Made by a program: the position numbers and the translations under genes
Shown: positions 46,292-51,796 of the stretch, piece after piece
Position numbering within the stretch: position 1 is the first letter of the stretch
How the letters are laid out: each line of letters opens with the position of its first letter
The notes under the pieces: generated by a model
Database searches by the model: none
Seen by the model: only the letters and a program-made list of their open reading frames with translations
What the model was told of the DNA's origin: nothing
Virus record (IMG/VR): IMGVR_UViG_3300048918_000059
DNA length: 51,796 nt
Direction: 5' to 3' (one strand)
DNA from: a virus

Positions 46292-48147
46292 TGGCAATAC
46301 CTGTTGAGCCAGACGAACCGTTAGAGCCCGACGCGCCGCCTTCGCAAAGTGGCGATTGGGCGGCTATTGCTGGTTTTTCAGGAGGGGTAACACCTTACAA
46401 GCCGGTTAACTTTGCGGGGTTAGTTGATGACGGTGTAATAGATTTAGCTGGCAGCTATACTATTGTGTCTGTTACTACAAATCAAATAGTGCTTTCTAAT
46501 CCAAACATTGTTAACCCGGATTGGGATGATCTTACCGAAGCAACAGACTATTCAAGCCCATCTCTAAATACTACGGGAGAAGTTTGGGTTGGCTGGTTTG
46601 ACATTGACGCTTTGAACATGGACAAGGTTGCGTTTAACGTCATTGCTCCGCAAGGCATGTATGGTATTAACAAAGCTGGTGAGCAAATTGCGCGCGCTGA
46701 GACTGCCTATATTGAAATGGTGCCTATCGCTAAGGACGGAACTGTTTTAGGGGCAGTAGAGACGTTTACTCAGACGTTGACCGGAAGCGCAGTTGAAAAA
46801 GAGCAAGTTGCTATGACGATCATGGCAACGCCCGCAACTGGCTACCGCTATAAGGCGCGTATGAAACGCTCAACGCCTACTGATCTTAATCCGAAGCATC
46901 AAGCTGTTGACGAAATGAAGTGGGAAAGTTGCTACGGTCTTTCTACGGTAACGCAAGACCATTTTGGCAATGTAACAACCGTGTTTACGCGCACTTATGC
47001 AACGCAGTCTGCTACTGCTGTGAAGGAACGCCGCTTCAACCTTCAAGCAACACGGCTTATTTCAGAGTGGAACGGAACCACCTTTGTAGGCATGGAGCCG
47101 CAAACCAGCGCGGCACCGATCATTTGTGCCATGGCGTTAGATGCCTACATAGGTAATCGTTCTATAGAAGAATTGAACGTAGCGCAAATCTATGCTGAAA
47201 TTGAGGCTTTAACGGACTATTTTGGTATAGATGAAGCAACGCAATTCAACTATACCTTTGACGATGATAATATTTCGTTTGAAGAAAGTGTGCAGACTGT
47301 AGCGCAATCTGTTTTCTCTACTGCTTACAGGTTGGGCAACGTGTTGCACCTTTACGGCGAAATGGCAACTGAGACTTCGCTCCTGTTGTTTAATCATCGT
47401 AATAAATTGCCTAAATCTGAAACGCGCACAGTTACGTTTGGCCCAACTAATGATTATGACGGCGTAGAACTAACTTACGTCGATCCTAAAGACGATGTTG
47501 TCCAAACGATATATCTGCCAGATGACCAATCGGCGCGCAATCCAAAGAAGATTGAAACTGTAGGCATTCGTAACGAACCGCAGGCAATGCTACATGCTCA
47601 CCGTGCCTACAATAAAATTATATATCAAAATACAACTACGCAATTTGATTGCTTGGAAGAAGCTGAATATTTAATAAATAACAACCGTATTTTGGTAGCT
47701 GACAATACTCGTTCTGATACTAAGGACGGCCATGTAAAAGGGCAAATCGGCCTTGTTTTACAATTAAGCCAATCCTTTGTAGGTATACCGGGAACCGTTT
47801 ACACGATATTCTTACAACATACAGACGGCACAGTGGAAGCTATAGAATGCGAGCCGGGGGCTGACCAATGGCAGGTTGTGTTAAGCGAAGCTCCGGCCCG
47901 TCCACTGTCTCTTGGCGACGAACAATCGGTGGTTGCACAATATTGGATTGTGGGCGATAATGAGCCGAGAGCGTCGGCTTTTCTTATGTCTGAGAAAGAA
48001 CCGTCTAGTAAGAATACTTATTCCATCACAGCAATCAATTACGATGCTCGATATTATCAAGACGACCGGAATTTTGCGATAATAACGGCAGATGCTACAT
48101 TTAGAACGGCAGACAATGTTAACGTTACAGCGGACGGATCGCAATAA
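46291..48147 (+). CDS. central tail fibre / host-specificity protein (J-like, continuation)
   Basis: 618 aa, TAATG-coupled to the previous gene. Size and position fit the tail tip. Confidence 0.55.
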   Translation: MAIPVEPDEPLEPDAPPSQSGDWAAIAGFSGGVTPYKPVNFAGLVDDGVIDLAGSYTIVSVTTNQIVLSNPNIVNPDWDDLTEATDYSSPSLNTTGEVWVGWFDIDALNMDKVAFNVIAPQGMYGINKAGEQIARAETAYIEMVPIAKDGTVLGAVETFTQTLTGSAVEKEQVAMTIMATPATGYRYKARMKRSTPTDLNPKHQAVDEMKWESCYGLSTVTQDHFGNVTTVFTRTYATQSATAVKERRFNLQATRLISEWNGTTFVGMEPQTSAAPIICAMALDAYIGNRSIEELNVAQIYAEIEALTDYFGIDEATQFNYTFDDDNISFEESVQTVAQSVFSTAYRLGNVLHLYGEMATETSLLLFNHRNKLPKSETRTVTFGPTNDYDGVELTYVDPKDDVVQTIYLPDDQSARNPKKIETVGIRNEPQAMLHAHRAYNKIIYQNTTTQFDCLEEAEYLINNNRILVADNTRSDTKDGHVKGQIGLVLQLSQSFVGIPGTVYTIFLQHTDGTVEAIECEPGADQWQVVLSEAPARPLSLGDEQSVVAQYWIVGDNEPRASAFLMSEKEPSSKNTYSITAINYDARYYQDDRNFAIITADATFRTADNVNVTADGSQ

Positions 48148-49388
48148 TGGCTAAGCAAGTAATTAATGTTGGTTCCGCTCCTGATGACGGCACTGGCGAT
48201 CTTTTGCGCGATGCGTTTATTAAATCTAATGATAACTTTGATGATTTATATACGCAAGTTGCGTCTAAACAACCTTCTGACGCCGACTTAACCGCAATTG
48301 CCGCCTTATCTACAACTTCATTCGGTCGTGCATTATTAGAATTGATTGATGAAAATGCTTTGCGTACAACGGCTGGTTTGGGTACATTAGCTACGCAAAA
48401 TGGAACCTTCTCGGGGACTTCTAGTGGAACTAATACGGGAGACCAAACTGCAATTACCGGTAATGCAGGAAGTGCGACTGTATTACAAACTGCTAGAACT
48501 ATAAACGGTGTTTCATTTAACGGTTCTGCTAATATTACAATAAACGCAGTTGATGCTACCGCGAGAGTTCCGGATACACGTACCATAAATACTACCGCCC
48601 CGCTTACAGGCGGGGGCGATCTATCAGCTAATCGCACGCTCGCTATTAGCGCCGCAACAACCGGCGCAGCGGGCAGCATGTCGTCGGCAGACAAGACCAA
48701 GCTGGACGCCATTACGGGAACTAATACCGGCGATCAGACGAGCGTTACCGGCAATGCCGGGACGGCCACGGCTCTACAAACTGCGCGCAATTTTTCAATA
48801 AGCGGCGGCGGGATTAGTGCTAGTACGGTTAGTTTCAATGGCAGTGCGGCGGTTATCCTCAACGCCTCGGTGGATGCGGGACATATTACGCTCGCCCGCA
48901 TGGCGAACCTTGCGGCAAATAGTTTCATCGGGAACAATACCGGGTCTGCGGCCACGCCGATTGCGCTGACGGTTGCACAGGCGAAAACGCTTCTTGCCAT
49001 TGGTACAGCGGACGTAAGCGGCTTGGGCACTATTTCTACGCAAGCGGCAAGTTCGGTTGCCATTACTGGCGGCTCGATGCTGAATATCTCGGCGTTTAGC
49101 TGGCGTAGTGCGTCGGGCACCGCCGACAACCGCCTTTGGGACTTGGACTTTGGCGCAGGCAACACCTTTACCTTGCGCGCCGTGAATGATGCGATTAGCG
49201 CGGCAAGCGGGGTGTTCTCGGTCAGCCGTAGCGGTGCGACCGTCACGGAGTTCCGCGTCCCTACGGCATTCCGATGCAACACCCTGCGCGTCGATGTGAC
49301 GCCTACAGCTAAGACCATTACATGCACGCATGTTGCGGTGTTTAGCGTTAACGGCACTGACTACGAATTTCCGTGCAAGACCGCTTAG
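48147..49388 (+). CDS. tail fibre protein with two phage-tail-fibre repeats
   Basis: GTNTGDQTAITGNAGSATVLQTARTINGVSFNGSANITINA and GTNTGDQTSVTGNAGTATALQTARNFSISGG...FNGSAAVILNA, plus SMSSADKTKLD. These match the Phage_fiber_2-type repeat. Confidence 0.8.
   Translation: MAKQVINVGSAPDDGTGDLLRDAFIKSNDNFDDLYTQVASKQPSDADLTAIAALSTTSFGRALLELIDENALRTTAGLGTLATQNGTFSGTSSGTNTGDQTAITGNAGSATVLQTARTINGVSFNGSANITINAVDATARVPDTRTINTTAPLTGGGDLSANRTLAISAATTGAAGSMSSADKTKLDAITGTNTGDQTSVTGNAGTATALQTARNFSISGGGISASTVSFNGSAAVILNASVDAGHITLARMANLAANSFIGNNTGSAATPIALTVAQAKTLLAIGTADVSGLGTISTQAASSVAITGGSMLNISAFSWRSASGTADNRLWDLDFGAGNTFTLRAVNDAISAASGVFSVSRSGATVTEFRVPTAFRCNTLRVDVTPTAKTITCTHVAVFSVNGTDYEFPCKTA
48426..48548 (+). 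repeat. tail-fibre repeat unit 1 (AT-rich codon usage)
   Basis: aa 94-134 of the fibre. Same peptide motif as unit 2 but encoded with A/T-ending codons. Confidence 0.8.
48717..48866 (+). repeat. tail-fibre repeat unit 2 (GC-rich codon usage)
   Basis: aa 191-240 of the fibre. Same motif as unit 1 but encoded with G/C-ending codons. Confidence 0.8.
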
Positions 49389-49418
49389 CCGCCCCATGCT
49401 TTATAGGATTTTGCGACA

Positions 49419-50057
49419 ATGACTGTTGTTACTAAAACGCAATTAGAAAATGCCTCACTAGATTGCGAAAGCCTAGGCATTGTAATTAATGGCGATGAAG
49501 ATGCGATAGCTGTAACCAGAACAGGGCGGCAAATCAAAAGTTTGTCGAATATAGTTTATAATCAACAAGTTCAAGAAACAAATGCTTGGGAGGCGGCTAC
49601 CGTTGCGCAAAGTGCTGTTGAAGTGGCACTAGGCGCTAATCATTATTATATCAGCGTAATCGCCGCTGAGGCTGATAGTGATTTAGAAGAAGGCGATATT
49701 TACGTAACGGGCGGCGCTCAAGACACGCTTATTTATTACAGGCGCACCTCCGTAGGTTCAGTTAAAGTTGCTGAAACAGTTACAGCGGCCACTGTAGGCA
49801 ATATTGTTAAGCAGTATAAGGGTAAAGTTTGGACTTCTAGCACCCAACCTGATGTAAATTTTAGTAATATCGGCGACGTTTGGTTTGCTCCCGATGGTGT
49901 TATTTACGAACGAAATAGCGCGCAAGGCATTACTATAGGCGGACGCGTGCTTTTAGTAAAAAATGCAGCGCCGATCATTCCTTGGGATCACGCCGATAGT
50001 CAGCCCATTAAACGTCTTTACGATGCGTTAGCTTTAGAAGGAATACCAGTAGCATGA
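49419..50057 (+). CDS. hypothetical tail-associated protein (212 aa)
   Basis: Track ORF between the fibre and tailspike genes, with an ATGA overlap to the next gene. Confidence 0.6.
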   Translation: MTVVTKTQLENASLDCESLGIVINGDEDAIAVTRTGRQIKSLSNIVYNQQVQETNAWEAATVAQSAVEVALGANHYYISVIAAEADSDLEEGDIYVTGGAQDTLIYYRRTSVGSVKVAETVTAATVGNIVKQYKGKVWTSSTQPDVNFSNIGDVWFAPDGVIYERNSAQGITIGGRVLLVKNAAPIIPWDHADSQPIKRLYDALALEGIPVA

Positions 50058-51718
50058 ATTATTATGATAGCACACCGTATATTTATACGTCTAGCGGAGG
50101 CGATGACGCTGTTGCGATCAAGGCGCTAATTGAAGCTGGTGAGCGTTGGATACAATGCGCAAGCTCCAGTTTAATATTTGACACGCCTTGTATTTTAACA
50201 GATGGTGGCGTTCCGGCCCACGGTTTTCGTTTCGAGCCTGTCGATGGCTTAGCGACAATTCTAATAAACGTTGACGGCATTGGCCGCGATCCAGTTACGC
50301 CAAGCAATCCTAGTTATGCAGGCTTTGAATACAATGGCGGTTTTGCTACGGCGGGCTATCTAGCTTCGCCTTCTAGCGTTGGCGATTTGCAGATTACCGT
50401 GAATAACGGCGCGCTATATACTGTGGGTCAATGGGTCTTTATATCCGATGCTTCCACAAATCCGGGCACAACCTTACAGCCGTTAGATGGGCCTATGGAA
50501 ACTAGGCAAATTTTAGTAATTGCAGGAAACATACTTACTGTAAACGAAGCTTTGGATAGGGCGCATATCGCCAACACTATTGTTGCAAAATGCGTACCCA
50601 TTAAAAATGTTTATTTTAAAAGTCTGACATTCACAGGCGATGCCGGTAACGGTGTGCATGTTCATGCTTCGCATGATGGCTATTTTAAAAACATAACAAC
50701 TAATTCCGATTGGAGCGGCGGAACCATGTTGTTAATAGATAACGCAGGCATAGGCAATCTAATTGAGGATTGCTACTGCAATGGTTCTGTACCGGGACTA
50801 AGTGCAGGGCAACAAGTGTGGGGAGTTGCTATTGAAGGTCAAAAACGCACCCGTGTTGTAAATTCAGGAGGAGAGTATTGCGGCGCTGGCTTTACTGCAA
50901 ATTATTGCATAGACTGCAATATTTTTAATCCGCCTGCCCATAGAAACAATGTCAATGTAGGAATTTATTCAAAAAGTATTAGAACTAGCATCATAACTCC
51001 TTATGTAGCAAACGCTAATAATTCTGATACAGTTATATCAGGGGATTGCACAGATTGCGTAATTGTAGATGCGCAGGCTTATATTGATCCAGAGGAAAGC
51101 GAAACTACTAAGGAATGGAGAAGCTACCCGGTAGCAACTAGTGTTGGTGCAACTGACTCGTTTCTTGTAGTTACGGAAAACAATGCAGGTTTTCAAGTCA
51201 GTAAGTCAGTTGTTGTTTGTAGAGAAGCGGACGGTAGTATAAGCGGTAATGGGCCGTGGTATAACACCGGCGTAAATTACGGGCCGATGTTTGTAGGCCA
51301 GAATACTAACCAAATCTGGGGTTGGGGAATGAGCGGCGCCCCTAATTCTAGAAATTGGGTTCTAGTTAATGCTACATTGGGTGACAGCCAAGCTATTACC
51401 GTGGATTATTCTAATAATAATATAGCGTTTGTAGGCAGCATTAATATTCCTACAGCCAAGACTTATAATATCAATAGCTTACAAGTTGTTGCGGCGCGTA
51501 AAACTGGTTGGGCTGCTGATACGGGTACGTCTAAGCGTACCGCTAATGCAACTTACGCTACTGGTTCGGCGCTGTCTGTTAGCGCCAGTTATACGCCAGC
51601 CGAAGTTACCGCTATTATCACACGCTTGGCCTTGGTAGAAGCCGCTTTACAAAATAGTACGCAATCTCAGAAAGCATTAAAAGACGATCTAATTTCGCAC
51701 GGCTTAATTGGTACTTAG
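50054..51718 (+). CDS. tailspike / tail fibre, probable beta-helix (depolymerase-like) with conserved C-terminal fibre motif
   Basis: 554 aa. The repetitive Asn/Gly/Cys-containing central region suggests a right-handed beta-helix. The C-terminus ARKTGWAADTGTSKRTANATY...ALKDDLISHGLIGT resembles a widespread phage fibre terminus. The stop lies inside the terminal repeat. Confidence 0.55.
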   Translation: MNYYDSTPYIYTSSGGDDAVAIKALIEAGERWIQCASSSLIFDTPCILTDGGVPAHGFRFEPVDGLATILINVDGIGRDPVTPSNPSYAGFEYNGGFATAGYLASPSSVGDLQITVNNGALYTVGQWVFISDASTNPGTTLQPLDGPMETRQILVIAGNILTVNEALDRAHIANTIVAKCVPIKNVYFKSLTFTGDAGNGVHVHASHDGYFKNITTNSDWSGGTMLLIDNAGIGNLIEDCYCNGSVPGLSAGQQVWGVAIEGQKRTRVVNSGGEYCGAGFTANYCIDCNIFNPPAHRNNVNVGIYSKSIRTSIITPYVANANNSDTVISGDCTDCVIVDAQAYIDPEESETTKEWRSYPVATSVGATDSFLVVTENNAGFQVSKSVVVCREADGSISGNGPWYNTGVNYGPMFVGQNTNQIWGWGMSGAPNSRNWVLVNATLGDSQAITVDYSNNNIAFVGSINIPTAKTYNINSLQVVAARKTGWAADTGTSKRTANATYATGSALSVSASYTPAEVTAIITRLALVEAALQNSTQSQKALKDDLISHGLIGT

Positions 51719-51796
51719 ATTAATACGTTGGGTTTGGTATAGCCAATATCAACAAGGATAGCGTTAGCTTTAGCAATATACCAATCTAGATCAATA
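51670..51796. repeat. Terminal direct repeat, right copy (identical to 1-127)
   Basis: See the left copy. Confidence 0.95.

Noticed and set aside
48125-49397. Three long minus-strand ORFs (195, 207 and 200 aa) opposite the tail-fibre gene
   Set aside because: These are antisense open frames, typical of GC-rich coding DNA. The plus-strand frame contains recognisable tail-fibre repeats.
1-51796. Search for a lysogeny module (integrase, CI-like repressor, excisionase, attP), CRISPR arrays, rRNA, a reverse transcriptase/DGR, or a DNA methyltransferase
   Set aside because: No ORF shows the corresponding motifs (no R..HxxR..Y integrase tetrad, no RT YxDD, no methyltransferase motifs DPPY/NPPY or FxGxG). 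Absence is based on motif reading only, so small or divergent versions could be missed.

Overview
The window is a complete, apparently circularly closed genome of a tailed dsDNA phage. The first and last 127 nt are identical, leaving 51669 bp of unique sequence. The tail module is lambda-like (siphovirus type). Two divergent transcription arms leave a switch region near 14.3 kb.

Leftward arm (minus strand, 14273 down to 46): small early ORFs, a DUF551-like protein, a Lar-like protein, MazG, a Sak4-like ATPase with an SSB-like protein, a free-standing HNH-AP2 endonuclease, three tRNAs (Leu-UAA, Arg-UCU, Met/Ile-CAU), a PD-(D/E)XK nuclease, a SLOG/DUF2493 protein, a DEAH helicase, a clamp-like protein and a DNA polymerase.

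Rightward arm (plus strand): a Cro-like HTH protein, a PrimPol-helicase, an AT-rich non-coding gap and about 30 small ORFs (VRR-NUC, RHH, a second Lar-like protein, a secreted-protein moron). These are followed by a lysis cassette (GH24 endolysin, holin, nested spanins) and the terminase, whose large subunit is interrupted by an intein. Then come portal, head morphogenesis, scaffold and capsid genes, connectors, the major tail protein, the G/GT chaperone with a -1 frameshift site, the tape measure, an M/L/K/I/J-like tail tip, a tail fibre and a tailspike.

No integrase, repressor, CRISPR array or rRNA was seen.

Most unusual observations:
(1) About 63 copies of the non-palindromic 8-mer TGTAGGCA/TGCCTACA occur in both orientations and in several reading frames.
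(2) The TerL intein carries its HNH endonuclease in a different reading frame, while the terminase frame stays open across it.
(3) Gene-sized GC-rich cassettes are present, two of them with Lar-like domains, and all lack the 8-mer.
(4) There is a conserved promoter box (TTGACA-n-GGTTAGG) and a conserved GATGGAGG box upstream of start codons.

Host assignment (a GC-rich, possibly alphaproteobacterial host) is inference only.
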